64,000 nucleotides of DNA from Octopus vulgaris (GCA_951406725.2 OX597836.1:20770001-20834000), one strand, 5' to 3'; positions 24,820 through 38,814 are shown, counted from the stretch's first letter. Made by a program: numbers and translations. Notes: generated from the letters alone by a model not told the origin.

Positions 24820-25881
24820 TGAATTAGTCCCAGGTGTGTGTATATATTATGTTTGTGTGTGTGTGTATATGTATATATATATATATATTATATTCAATGA
24901 GTTGACAGCAACCATATACATACATATATATATTTATATATGTATGTATGTATGTATATACGTGTGTGTATTTTTGCTGCTGTTTGTATTATTTTTTTCT
25001 TTCCTTTTACTTTTATTTACTTCAGCAGAGGAGTGACGGTGGTGGTGGTGACAAGTAGGATGAGGACACAAATATAGGGGTGGATATAAAGGGGTACGGG
25101 GTAGAGGTGGTAGCAATGAAGGCCTTTTCCTCTTCACCTTTGTTTTGTTGTTGTTGTTTAAATAAAATCACAGCTTTAAAGTATCGCCAATGTAATAAAT
25201 AGCAGTGAACATTTTTCGTTGTTGTTGCTCTTTTCATTTACCATTTCATTTCATTTCATTTTATTCTTATTTTTATTTTTAGTTACAAAAAAATGCAAAG
25301 GAGGACAATGACAAGTTCCAGGTGAAAAAAAAAAAAGTAAAATTAAATAAATAAATCCCGAGCTTATTCAGGTAAAAACTAACAAGGCCATGACTACACG
25401 ACGACTGTTCGCTGTACTGCCGCAGCACATGTTAATTAACATCGCATACATACACACACACACAGAGATGCACACGTATACATACATGCATACTCACACA
25501 GACACACACACAAACTACACTCGCATGAAAAACAAAAAAAACAAAAAACGAGAGATAACTAAAAACACAAAACAAACAAAGGCCAGCAAAAAGCAAACAA
25601 CAATAACACCAGTAGTGGCAGTAGCAGCAGAGAGGTTGGTGATAGAGTCGGTGTATATGCAACAACTTCTCAGTCAACAGACATACATACAGCTGACAAC
25701 AACAGATAGAGCAAGCAGCATGTGCTGGGTTCTCTATATTGTAATGATGAAGATGATCCAGAGAGTGTGTGGTGGTGGTGGTGGTAGTGGTGATGGAGGG
25801 GGATTGAGAAACAGCAGTCAAAGCAAATTAGATCGTTGGAGGTGGAGCTTATATCATCATCATCATCATCATTATTGTTGC

Positions 25882-25918
<37 letters not shown>

Positions 25919-26974
25919 TTATATTAGACATTATATTATATTCTATATTGTATTATATTGTATGGTGTTGTGCTACTAGCAATGTTCAATCAACTCCTAC
26001 TGTTCCCCATTCCCTCTGCCGCCACCACCACCGCCACAACCATCACTGCCTTTCCTCACATGCCAAATTCATCCTGTTCTCCTCACCTCCAAACTACCAA
26101 AATGGGTTTGTTCTCTTCTATAAAGTAGCATTATAGATCATCCTATGTGAAGATATTTTGAATAATGTTGGAGATTTACCCAAAAATTATGTGTGTGTGT
26201 GGGGGAGGGTCTATGGGAGGAGTGGAGAATCAGACAGACAGACAGATATGATGATAATATATAACAAATCTTACACATTGAGAGTCTTACCACCAACAGG
26301 GTTTAACAAATGTACAACCCGGACTGAATTATTCCATTCAACCAATCAACTTGGAACTCGTTAAAATAAAAGTTTTAACTAAGCTAAAGAAGTTCACAAC
26401 TTTTATTTATAAATTTTCTCCTCTCCCCAACACTTTTCCCCCTTCTCCTCTTCCTACTACTCAGTAAAATTAGATGTTTTGGATGACAGGAGGAGGTGGC
26501 TGTCGACAGTTTAGTAACAAAAAATTATTTTTATTTTCTTTATCAATTTAGCAAATGAATTAATAAAAATAAAAAAAAAACTTACAAAGCACTTATATAA
26601 TTTAATATAACCATGTGTCAGTTACGATTTTCATAAAACCAAAGAAAAAAAATTAAAATAAAATCCACAAACATAAAAATGCAATCAAATCCCAATTATT
26701 CTTTGAATGATGAAAATAACTCGAGAATCAATGTAAATTAGAAAATTAGATATATTTTTTACATGGGTGGGGCGGGGGAAGTATAAATCGTTATTTCACT
26801 TCAAATATAATTTACAGACAATGAGAAAGAGACAATTCAGATATCGCAGTCAACAATGATAATGAATATATGAAAGGTTTTAATAATTGTTGCTAATTTA
26901 AGCACAAGGCAAGTAATTTTGAGGGGAGGGGGTTTAGTCAATGTCCTCAACTCCAGTATTTGACTTACAAAAAA

Positions 26975-27281
26975 AGATCCCCTTTGGTCATGACTGGCCA
27001 TGGGATTGCACCTAAAAATCCCCCTCTGAGGCACAAGACTGGGCAAGGTTGTTTATGGAAGACTAGCAATCACCCATGCATACCAGCCTCTCCTCTCCAC
27101 ACCACCAATGTTGTCCAAAGGAAAGGCAAAGGCTGATACAGCCTGGTACCGTTAACATGACAACTCATTTCTACAGATGAGCGAACTGGAGCAACATGTC
27201 TTGCTCAAGAACACGACTCACAGCCTGGTCCAGGAATTGAACTCACTATCTCACGATTGTGAGCCTGATGCTCTAACCACT
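26975..27281 (-). mobile_element. tRNA-derived SINE family G
   Basis: Minus strand begins agtggttagagcatc...gagttcaattcctgg...gtgttcttgagcaagac; related diverged copies at ~58485-58770 (+) and ~63190-63345 (-). Confidence 0.7.
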
Positions 27282-28164
27282 ACTTTATTTTCTTTATCAA
27301 CTTCAAAAGGATGAAAGGCATGGTTAACCTTTGTGACATTTGAACTCACACACAAAGTGTGTGAACAGTTTTAATAATGGTCTCTAATTGAGACATGAGC
27401 TCAGCAGTTTTAAAAGGAGGGTGTTAGTCAAATAAACAGACTCCAGTACTTGACCAGGTCTTTATTTTATTAAATCTGAAATGATGCAAGGCAAAGTTTA
27501 CCTCAGCAGAATTTGGACTCGGAATGTAAAGCTGAAAGAAATGCTACTAAGCATTTTGTCTGGAGTGCTAAGGAATGAGTTCTGATTTAGGGACAAGGCA
27601 AGCAATTTTGAAGTGGGGGTATTAACTGAAACCACTGACCCAAGTACTTGACTAGTACTTTTATTTTAATGATCCTGGAAGGGTGAAAGGCAAAGTTAAC
27701 TTCTGTGAGGTTTGAACTCAGAATGTAAAGAGAGTGACCAGTTTTAATAATAATAATACTAATAATAAGTATGTTAATAATCATGATGGACTTGGTCAGA
27801 ATTTACACTGGATCACATGCCCTAAGTTTGGCCTCTTATATGAGAAGAACTAGTGGGAATATAACCCTGTCATAGTAGTAGAAGATCAAGACATCGCAGT
27901 TCTTTGAGACTGGTATTCAAATTGATCAAGCTCTTTAGACCAATAGACAAGATACTGTGGCTTAAAATCATATTGACAAAACATCAAAACATGTCAGCTC
28001 ATAGTTGGTACTCTGCTGATTCTGACAAAATGAGAAACTTTAAATAAATGTAGCATCCGAAGAAAGCATGCAAACTGATGAAGCAGTGTGCACTCATGCA
28101 TGTATGTATGTATGTGTGTGAATATACACACACACACATGTATATACATGTTGTGATTATATAT

Positions 28165-28197
<33 letters not shown>

Positions 28198-28205
28198 TAT
28201 ATACA

Positions 28206-28475
<270 letters not shown>

Positions 28476-28510
28476 CTATGATGATGATGCTTACCATGCT
28501 GCAATATATA

Positions 28511-28716
28511 CAATAATCCTTTGACTATCGCGGGTGTTATGTTCCAAAACCTCCCACAGAAATTATTTAAATCTAAAAAAATATAAATACCTATTGGCAG
28601 CAGAAGCCTGCGATATAGCGAGGAGTCCGTGATATAAATTTACAAATATTAGCCAGAAAAATCTGCTATGTACTGAGTGCGTGATAAGTGAACCGTGATA
28701 TGGTGATGGATTACTG
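28511..28716. mobile_element. Tigger/pogo-like MITE
   Basis: TA-flanked imperfect TIRs caataatcctttgactatcgcgg / ccgtgatatggtgatggattactg. Confidence 0.65.
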
Positions 28717-29850
28717 TATTGTGTTTTTAACATAAGTCTATGAAGAAATTTTCTCTCAGACAAAAACCACAGCATCATGCCTTTCAATGGTATATATATA
28801 TATGTATTTAGTATTATACGCATATATTAAGCTTCTCATCAAACAGGAAGGTAATGATGACAGGAATAACTTGCTAGCACACCAGACACTGCTGAATTAT
28901 CAATCATTCTCATATCAAATTGTTGATATAAAATATCTTTCCAATAAGAAACATTCTCATTTAATTATACATCGCTGCTTAATATATTTCAAGAACATAA
29001 TGTAAAACTTAAAAATATATAAACATGTGTGTGTGTGTGTGTGTGCAAGGAAACAAAATTTAATTAAAAGAAATATCTATGTAATTGTATTAAAAAAATG
29101 GTAATAATAAAATAAAAATAAATATTTGCATTAGGACATAAGAGTTAAAATAATTTTTACATTTTGCAATCAATATATTTTTCATCACAGGTAAATTTTC
29201 TACATCACCTGGAGACATCCAATTAAGATCCAAGAAAAATTTATCAAGATTCCAAATAAATAAATGAATATCTAAAAGCTATCAAAAAGAATATTTACTG
29301 TTCATTAATATTTTCAAAGATAAAGTCATTGTTTGTTTGTTTTTTTATTATATTTTTGTTTATGGAATTTAAGGTAAAACTTTAATAAAATTTCAAGATT
29401 CTATTGACAGTCTTGCATCATTTTTCAAGATAGTATAAGAGTAAATAAATAACTTGACATCTTTTGAAATATTTTAAAATTTGTTCTATTTCTGTCAGTT
29501 TCTTTGGCAGGGAGAATGAAAAGTTTAGTTGTTATTGTTGTTGTTGATTAGCCCTAGGTAGGTCCTGAATGAACAGATCCATGAACAAAGACATTCCAGC
29601 CATGACCAGTGAATGTGCTATTTTTTAAGACAGTGTATCTAAGACTACATTATCCTGAGGTTTTGTTTCTTTTTTTAAGCTAGCTGAGTATAATTTGAGG
29701 GATTTGTTTGTTATTTCTAGCATGTCAAGTGATCACAAAGAGGCTTTCTGGCACTTGTATGAATTGCATAAAGTAATTGTAGCTAGAATATAATTTCATA
29801 GATTAGCTTTAAAATATGAATAAGTAACCTTTAAGTGTGTGTGTGTATTT

Positions 29851-30130
29851 ATCTCTCTATATATATATATAAAAAATTTTTTGTCTGTCTGTTTCCTATG
29901 TATTCTCAAATGGCTTGACCAAATCAAATCAAATTTTACAAGGTGAGAGTATAAGCCTCCATGAGTGTCAACATGTAATTTTGTTTGTTCATTTGGATTA
30001 AAACAATATAAGATTGGCACACATTCGGTATTATGTGTCAAAAGTGAAACAATAAGATCTATATTGTAATGTGATATAATATTGTTTCACTTTTATTCCT
30101 TCACTTTTAATTCTAAAGTGATAACATTAA
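29851..30130 (+). mobile_element. Degenerate Helitron-like 5' fragment
   Basis: a|tctctctatatat...aaaa...tgtctgtctgt start resembles the 5' end of the Helitron at 58097-58470; no 3' CTAG end found. Confidence 0.4.
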
Positions 30131-30908
30131 GATCATCTTATTTTTATTATGTGTTTGCATGTGTGTGTTTGTCCCCCTAATACTGCTTGACAACTGGTGT
30201 TTGTTTGTTTATGTCCCCATAATTTAGCGGTTCAGTAAAAATGACTGATAAAATAAATACTAGGCTTCTAAGTCCTAGGATCAATTTGCTCGACATCAAA
30301 GTGGTGCCCCAGCATGACCACAGTCAAATGACTGAAACAAGTAAAAGATAAAAGATATAAATAGAAACAGACTGCCAGTAAACATAGGACAAATATGAAA
30401 TATTAAATATAAAAGCAATATAAGGTTTTGGGGTCACCCCACCACATTTATATGAAAAAGGAATGAAAGGTAAGTGAACCAATAATTAAATAAGCCTTGT
30501 AAATGGATTTGGTGGTTGGAAAATGAAATATGCCCATTGAATATATATGCATCTGTGAGTGTGTGTGGTGGTTAGGTCAACAAAATCTGATGAGGAAGAC
30601 TGCATCATGCTCCGGTGTCTGCTTTGGCATGATTTCTACAGTTGGATGCCCTTCCTAACATCAACCATTTATGCAGTATATGGGAGGGTGGGGAGCATTT
30701 TTCACTGTCAAAAATTGTTTTGTAAATTGCAAGGCTCAGTGCCTAAAATGACATCTGTATCTGAAGGGAAATAGAAGGGAGAGTGAGTGATGGTTCTAAG
30801 TGGAGGGATAAGGAATGGCAAATATTATGAGAGGAACAGATTGGCGCTGTAAAAAGATTGACTCAATACTTTAACAGTGACTTCTTCCAAGGAAATTAAC
30901 ATTATAAA

Positions 30909-30986
30909 CAGGGTGAGCCAAAAGTCACACACCAAAACATTTGATATTTTATTTATACTAAATTATTATTATTCATTTTGTTCATC

Positions 30987-31046
<60 letters not shown>

Positions 31047-31415
31047 AATTATTGTATACAGTGCTCAGGTGCACCACAACTTGTCAGAAAGTGCATATAA
31101 AGCATATGCAGTAATGTACAAATGTCTGGAAAGTGAACAGTGTATGAGTCAGATACATGCTTGCATGTGTATGGAGGGGGAAAAAATCAGGTGTAGTATT
31201 GGTGAATCTCAGGAAGCATGGAAGTTTTGAAGGGTGCAGTGCTCCAACAACTAACAACTGATGCCGGCAGTTTGTTCCATGCTTCAGCAACTCTTAGAGG
31301 TATGTGTGTATTTATCATTATTATATTTTATTCAATTTTTAAAAAAATTGAAACATGTCTTTGACACTTCTGGAGGGTATTAAACTTATTTGTGAGTAAC
31401 TTTTGGCCCACCCTG
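30909..31415. mobile_element. Tc1/mariner-type MITE with nested CR1 fragment
   Basis: TIRs cagggtgagccaaaagtcac / gtaacttttggcccaccctg followed by TA. Confidence 0.7.
30990..31296 (-). mobile_element. CR1-clade LINE 3' end with (ATT)n tail
   Basis: Minus strand encodes LRVAEAWNKLPASVVSCWSTAPFK, the RVxxxWNxLP..V..S...FK C-terminal motif of CR1-group ORF2; shares its 3' end with 48112-48410. Confidence 0.8.
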
Positions 31416-33227
31416 TATATATGTGTGCATGTGAGTGTGTATGTAAATACACAAACACACACATGTTGGTGTTTTAATAAAATGCCTCCAATACACAATG
31501 TAAAGTGATTGGTGTTAGGAAAGCCATCCAGCCACAGAAACCAGACTGATTTGATATGTATGAGCAAGAATTGTTTCTCCAACCATGCCTAGGTGGGCAA
31601 TAACTTTAAATATGAATTGATTCGAGCCATGAAATCTCAACCAACCCATCTGTGTCATCATGGAAAGCAGATGATGACAATGATAATGAGAATATGAGCA
31701 CTTGAAGACAACCAGACAATAAAGCAACTGAAAGATAACTTAGATAAAAGTACAAATATTAAGTAAATAATCATTAACAATGAGGGAGGGCTGAGGGCAC
31801 CTATAATTACTCACGCAACAATTCTTAATATTGTAGACATGTAAAAAACAAAAAAAAATAATGAAGCATTATCTATAAAAATAGTAAATAAATGCGACTT
31901 CTTTAGTTTTTATCACATTTAGAATGATATTTCAAAGTATAAGTTAATGACAAACAAACATAAATTGGTCTGATTGTGTAATTTATGTAAATTACAGAGG
32001 CAAGGAAATATCAAAAATCAAGTAACAAACAAAACGAAGAAACAAAAACAATAAAAGTTGATCGTAATAACAATAAATCCACCATGATATAGATAAATAG
32101 AGGTGAGCTGATTGCTGCAGGGTTTTAGTGGAGATGGAGATAGAGAGAGAAAGAGAGAGAGAGAGACAGTGAGTGTGTGTGTGTCTAAGAGAGAGAGAGA
32201 GACAGGGCAGGGGGGGGGAGAGAAATGTCATAATCAGATTTGATTGATCTAAGTAATAATTTAAATCGTTAAGTAAGTTAGAAAAGAAGTGATCTGCAAT
32301 AGACTAAAGGGCAACAACAGTTGCTGAAATTAGTTGATGGTAGTAGTAGTAGTAGTAACAGTGTCGCTGAAGTTTAACAAAAGTAGTTTCCATTAAAACA
32401 AAAATAAACAACAGAATATATTAAAAAAAAATGAAACAAAAAATATTAAAAAAATAACAGTATCAAAATTGACCATAGCTAAACATATAGTTATACATGT
32501 GTGTTTGTGTGTGTGTGTGTGAGAGAGAGAGAGTTACAGATAACATGTTTTCAGATAGTATATTCTCAATTATATACTCAAAAATAGCTAATTTTTTTCT
32601 CTTTCTAAAGTCTTAGATAATATTATTTTCCTATAGCTGTAATCCATTAATCCTTTAGATACCAACCCACTTGAGCCTGCCCCTGTTATAAAGTGGTTTC
32701 AACTAAAATCTTCCATCAGAATTTCATGTGAATTTATGTTCCAAAAACCAGCTTAATAATAACAGCAGTTATCTGGCTAAATTCTTTGTTATTTTCAAAA
32801 TTAATTGAGACAAAGACTGCTTTGTGATATTTATTTTGACTTTTAAGGCTCTGGGTTCAAATCTTGCCAAGGTCAACACCTTTCATCTTTTTTGGAGTGA
32901 ATGAAACAGTATCAATCAAGGGAAGTAGAGTGGTGGAACTATTAGAGATTCACGATAGATACCTTGTGGTACCTATTCCGGCTTTTTGCATTCTAACAAC
33001 AATGTCTGCAGTGATACTGGTGCCAGACTATATCAGCCCAAATCAGCAGCTTTTCCCTTAGGTAAACATCAATAACAAAGAGAAGAACCTTGCATGCATG
33101 GCAACCAACAGTTTCCCTCAAAGGAAAAAAAAAATCATGCCCAGACCTGCACAGATCAGCATTAACTGATGGGTACCCCTATCATTCACTCTTTCCTTCT
33201 CCATCATCCCTTCACCCTAATCACTCA

Positions 33228-33781
33228 ATTTCTATTATCGTAGCACCATCCGTTCGTGTTCATTGCCAGCCTCAGCTGGCCCCCATGCCGGTGACACGTA
33301 AAAGCACCGTCCATTCGTGGCCGTTTGCCAGCTCTGTCTGGCCCCGTGTCGGTGGCACGTAAAAGCACCATCCGTTCGTGTCTGTTGCCAGCCTCGGCTG
33401 GCCCCCGTGCCGGTGACATGTAAAAGCACCGTCCGTTCGTGGCCGTTTGCCAGCACTGTCTGGTCCCGTGTCGGTGGCACGTAAAAGCACCATCCGTTCG
33501 TGTCCGTTGCCAGCATCGCCTGGCCCCGTGCCGGTGACACGTAAAAGCACCATCCGTTCGTGGCCGTTTGCCAGCTCTGTCTGGCACCTGTGCAGGTGGC
33601 ACGTAAAACACCCACTACACTCGCGGAGTGGTTGGCATTAGGAAGGGCATCCAGCCGTAGAAACACTGCCAGATCTGACTGGGCCTAACGAAGCCTTCCA
33701 GCTTCACGGACCCCAGTTGACCCGTCCAACCCATGCTAGCATGGAAAGCGGACGCTAAATGATGATGATGATGATGATGAT
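33228..33781 (+). mobile_element. SINE-like family C, young copy with six minisatellite units
   Basis: Units gcacc(a/g)tccgttcgtg...gccagc...ggt(g/ga)cacgtaaaa, then ggttggcattaggaagggcatccagc and a (GAT)n tail. Confidence 0.9.
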
Positions 33782-34749
33782 GCTCTGGTTTACTTCACCC
33801 ACCAATCTGGGCTTTTACTGTTATCAGTCTACAATCTGCTGCTCACCTCTTGGCCATGTTGCTTTGAGCAAACAGACACACCAGAGCAGTGAGAGCTCTT
33901 TAAGCTTATCAAAATACAAGGTAACCTAACTAGTGTTAGTGCCATAATAAAATGATCCAGTGCACGCATAAAGAGTGGTGACAACATACGATCAAGAGGA
34001 CCCTTTGATTTGACAAGGACATAACAGTTTCTCTAGAGTTGGTGCCATACTAAAATACACCCCTGTATTTAATACACTTTATTTAATAAAATACACTCTT
34101 GTGCCATCTACTGTAAAGTAGATGGTATTATAAAGGGCATTTGGCTGTAGAAACCAAACCAAAAATGAAATATATCAGACCTGTTCCTCTGACCCATCTC
34201 AGAGGGCAATGGTTCCAAATAAGATCCAGTGGCCCCAAGTAAGAATTTACTTTGACCACAATGAATGACACATCCACCCTATGCTAAAAAAGATTCAAGG
34301 TAATTTTTCATTAGGCATGGTATGCCATTCAGAAAGCTGCAGTTTGACCACGACTGGCATAGTGGCTCCATTATCAGCTCAATTAGCATAGGTTTGTACA
34401 GAGGTGAGTCTCAACAAATTCCACTTAAGCTTTATTACCAAGGTTCACATCCTTGAATAATCCTCACCCCACCCTCATAGAATATTAAGCCTCTCCCTGT
34501 AATATTTAACCTTCAGAATTTGCTCATTACCAAAATCATATGACAACTTTGAAATACCATCATCAGAGTTACAGCACATAACCATTTGATCTCTTGGATA
34601 TTTCTTTCAGTGTTACCTGTCGTATATGACAGGAGAAATTCCTAAAACTCTGACACTTGATTGAGTTGGAGGAAAAACTGCTCTGTGGTTGCACAACCTT
34701 CTGGAACCACGCTACTGTCTTACAAGCAGACACAATTATGGGTATGTTA

Positions 34750-34985
34750 TCATCATAATTTAACAGACACTTTTTCAGGCTTGCATGAGTCAGATGGAAT
34801 GTGTTGAGGCAGATTTTCTATGACTGGATGCCCTTCCTGTCACCAACCCTCACTTGTTTCCAAGCACTGTAATATTTCCTCTATGGCCAGACGTATTTTT
34901 CACAGGAGACGGGAAATGAACAACATAATTCGTATGATGGTGATGCTCATTTACAACCACCATATGATGTCAAAGCAACAGACAC
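34750..34985 (-). mobile_element. SINE 3' part, C-related tail variant
   Basis: gaggcagattttcta..ctggatgcccttcctgtcaccaaccctcac; inverse copy at ~54790-55015, further copy at ~62255-62445. Confidence 0.72.
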
Positions 34986-35271
34986 ACATATACACACCCA
35001 GATGTGTATGCCTGTGGTTGACAATAATTATGGAATGGTCATGGCTGAAATGCTTTGATCATAGGCCTTTTTGATCACAGTCAGCTTGGAATTGAACAAC
35101 ACTAATCAGTTTTAAAATAATATTAGTCTTCTTTCTGTCTTCACATTGTCATCTAATCTCTCGTAGTTTCTTCGATGAAATCCATCACATCTCAAGTGTG
35201 ATCTCTCATATACTACAACCATTACTGACTTTAACAACATCCTCATATGACCTCTCAACCACCACCACTAC

Positions 35272-35500
35272 CTATTTCTTTATTACCCACGAGGGGCTAA
35301 ACACAGAGAGGACAAACAAGGACAGACATAGGTATTAAGTCGATTATATCGACCCCAGTGTGTAACTGGTACTTAATTTATCGACCCCGAAAGGATGAAA
35401 GGCAAAACGACCTCAGCGGAATTTGAACTCACAATGTAACGACAAACGAAATACCGCTAAGCATTTCGCCCAACGTGCTAACGTTTCTGCCAGCTCGCCG
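35272..35500 (-). mobile_element. SINE family A, full length
   Basis: High similarity to the reverse complement of 930-1180; ccaccactacc occurs on both flanks. Confidence 0.9.
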
Positions 35501-35718
35501 CCACCACTACCACCACCCACTTCACAGTCACTGCTGCCACTGCCACCACCATCTGCAACAAAGGCACTCAAATTGTAACCATCCCAATTTGTTGATGCAG
35601 ATTAGTGTATCTAGGACAACATTCTCAAATGTGACCTTTTATTTTAAGAAAAAAGTGATACACTGCAGAAAAAATTGAGCTGCAATTTTTAGGTGGGCTA
35701 GTAAACACTCAACTTCTC

Positions 35719-36134
35719 ATTTCTTTATTGCCCACAAAGGGCTAAACATAGAGGGGACAAACAAGGACAGACAAAGGGATTAAGACGATTACATCGACCC
35801 CAGTGCATAACTGGTACTTAATTTATCGACCCCGAAAGGATGAAAGACAAAGTCGACCTCGGTGGAATTTGAACTCAGAACGTAACAGGAGACGAAATAC
35901 CTATTTCTTTACTACCCACAAGGGGCTAAACACAGAGGGGACAAACAAGGACAGACAAACGGATTAAGTCAATTGTATCGACCCCAGTGCGTAACTGGTA
36001 CTTATTTAATCAACCCCGAAAGGATGAAAGGCAAAGTCGACCTCGGCGGAATTTGAACTCAGAACGTAACAGCAGACGAAATACCGTTAAGCATCTCGCC
36101 CAGCGTGCTAACGATTCTGCCAGCTCGCCGCCTT
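35719..36134 (-). mobile_element. SINE family A head-body-body dimer
   Basis: Two tandem bodies and one head; junction gacgaaatac|ctatttc at 35900/35901; flanks tcaacttctc / tcaccttctc (9/10 TSD). Confidence 0.9.
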
Positions 36135-36710
36135 TCACCTTCTCCTCACGGACAGACAACTACCTTCATCTAAGGACAGCATTGAGTCGAGCTGTTATTT
36201 TAGAGTCAACAAATGCTGCTGTACATCTTCAGAAATGAAGCATTTGATGGAAAGGTGATTTATAAACTAAAGAGGAAAAATATCTAGCAATATAAATTTC
36301 TATAAGATTACAGTTTGGTTTATGTGAAGAGGACATCTTAAATTTGCACTTCACCAGACTACCCTCCAAAGTTCTGTCACATTCTTTGTCTACGGAATTC
36401 TATGTCAACTGATAAATGATGCGAACCACTGGATTAATGCCTCAAGCAAGCACTCAGCTAACAATAACCATTTATCTGTTAGTCTGTCATATTTGATGTG
36501 ACATCTTCACTGGGTTGCACTAGATATCACTTAGGTACACTTTAGATTCTCAAACTATAATGGCAACATCTATCTGAACAGCTGAACTTGCAATAGGGTC
36601 AGATCTGTTAAAAGGTAAAGGGTGGGGGAGGAGTTCAGCCTCTATGAGGTCACATTGGCTACTAGAAATAGCAGCCAAATCTTCCTCAAAAATGCACACT
36701 ATTGCCATAA

Positions 36711-36927
36711 CCATTCAAGCTTTCAGATTACTTTGTTAAATATAATACTTATTTATTCATATACCTTTTAATTAAATCATGCACTGTCTCATAACTTCTT
36801 GAAGATGTGTTTGTTTACATTTAGAATGACATTGTAGGGAGTGGGTGAGAGGCCAGATCTGACCAATTTGAACATATAACAGGTAGAATATTTGGGATGG
36901 GCATGGTCAGTTTAAATGCTAAAAGGG
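36711..36927. mobile_element. piggyBac-like (TTAA) MITE, copy 1
   Basis: Ends aatgctaaaaggg|ttaa; inverse homolog at 48590-48798. Confidence 0.65.
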
Positions 36928-37208
36928 TTAAAAAGGAAAGAAGTGTGTATCCAGAAAAAAGAAGCCCATGGATATATTACACCTTAAATCAGTGGTGCAT
37001 TGTTAAAACAGCAATTCAAATGGAAAGCAGATCCTTTTTTTTTTGTTGTGTATATAGGACTTTTGTTTATCAAAAATTATTATGTTTTTGGATGGGAGAA
37101 TGACAGTAATGTACATATGTAAACATAAGTAGTGATCTGCTTTCAGAAACTTATTGATAGATAAGGGTGTGTATATGAGTGTAGATGTATGTATGCATGC
37201 TTCAACAT

Positions 37209-37286
<78 letters not shown>

Positions 37287-37732
37287 TAGGCCACTGTGTA
37301 AAGTGGTTGGTATTAGGAAGGGCCATCCAGTTGTAAAACCCATGCTACCATGGAAGACAAATAGTAAATAATGATAATAATGATATATATTTAAATTTAA
37401 GTTTTATGGTCAATTTAATACCTACACACACAGACACACACACACACACACACGCACACTACATAAAATACCATAAAACAGAATGAAAAAGAAATTATTC
37501 CAGAGTCTTGATATAGGTTTTTACGGGCTCTTTTTAATAATTTTTCTACATATTTTTTTTTAAACGGTATATTTACATGTCAGTGTAAAGAAAGAAACAA
37601 ACAAAAGTATTCAAGAGAAAAAGTAAAATTACACACACACACACAATTTATAGGAAACTCAAAAATCAAAACTTCATAGACCTATTCTGAGTTTCTGGGT
37701 GTTGATCTTCAGACAAAAATTTTGTGTGTGTG

Positions 37733-37764
<32 letters not shown>

Positions 37765-37825
37765 ATGAGAGAGAGTGAGAGAGAGAGAGAGATACGAAAT
37801 GAAACAAAGTATGCAATATACTTAC

Positions 37826-37972
37826 TATAGTCAGGATCAGCGGCATAAAGATCTATCTGGTTAATGTCTAGCTGTTTTTCAGCACCATCAGACACAAGGT
37901 TCACAGCCATATTTGAAGGAGAATGTGGAGCTGGCGCAGAAGAAGCAAGATTGACTTTATTTTTTACTTGAG
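37826..37972 (-). CDS. Internal coding exon of an unidentified large-intron gene
   Basis: ttgttgctatttcag acceptor and GTAAGT donor; 147 nt, phase 1-1, open frame xQVKNKVNLASSAPAPHSPSNMAVNLVSDGAEKQLDINQIDLYAADPDY; a complex-sequence island between microsatellites. Confidence 0.72.
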
Positions 37973-37992
37973 CTGAAATAGCAACAACAACA

Positions 37993-37996
<4 letters not shown>

Positions 37997-38053
<57 letters not shown>

Positions 38054-38112
38054 TAATAATAATAATAATAATAGTAATAATAATAATAATAACAATAATA
38101 ATAACAATAATA

Positions 38113-38157
<45 letters not shown>

Positions 38158-38226
38158 GTAATAATAATAATAATAATAATAACAGTAATAATAATAATAA
38201 TAACAACAATAATAATAATAATAACA

Positions 38227-38272
<46 letters not shown>

Positions 38273-38289
38273 TAATAATAATAATAATT
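37997..38289. repeat. (AAT)n microsatellite, ~290 bp
   Basis: Direct inspection; lies immediately upstream (minus strand) of the exon acceptor. Confidence 0.97.
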
Positions 38290-38728
38290 CTTCACAATAG
38301 CAACAGCAGAAAGAATATACTTTCTTTTATTTTTTTTTCAAAGGCAAAAAAAAAAAAAAATCAGGTCAATGAAATTGCAAACAAAAATATATTTTCCAAA
38401 TATAAAACGCCCAGAAATACAACCAGCGAGAAGGATATGGAACATTGGTGGAACGGCTATGGCTGTTTTGTTGTTGTTGTTGTTTTTATTACTATATCAC
38501 AGATAGAATAGTAATAAGGCAATAAGTTCAGAAGGTAATAGATATAGGAGATAAAAACAAACAAGGGAGGAATATGGTAGAAAATAAATAAATAACTAAC
38601 CCAGTCACACATCAACTAAACAATTGCAAACAGTGTGTGTTTGTGCATGCACAATACAAATACACACATATGTACACCCATATATACATACATATATATG
38701 CATATATGTGTGTATATATATATATGCA

Positions 38729-38780
<52 letters not shown>

Positions 38781-38814
38781 GAAGTAAATATATGGCACAA
38801 CGAAGTACCAATAT

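Noticed and set aside
25390-26136. 248-aa plus-strand ORF
   Set aside because: A patchwork of simple repeats with no domain-like content; better explained as non-coding sequence.
34190-34720. GC-richer blocks here and at ~23190-23630 that may be old LINE fragments
   Set aside because: No motif could be read confidently; this needs a RepeatMasker or HMM search.
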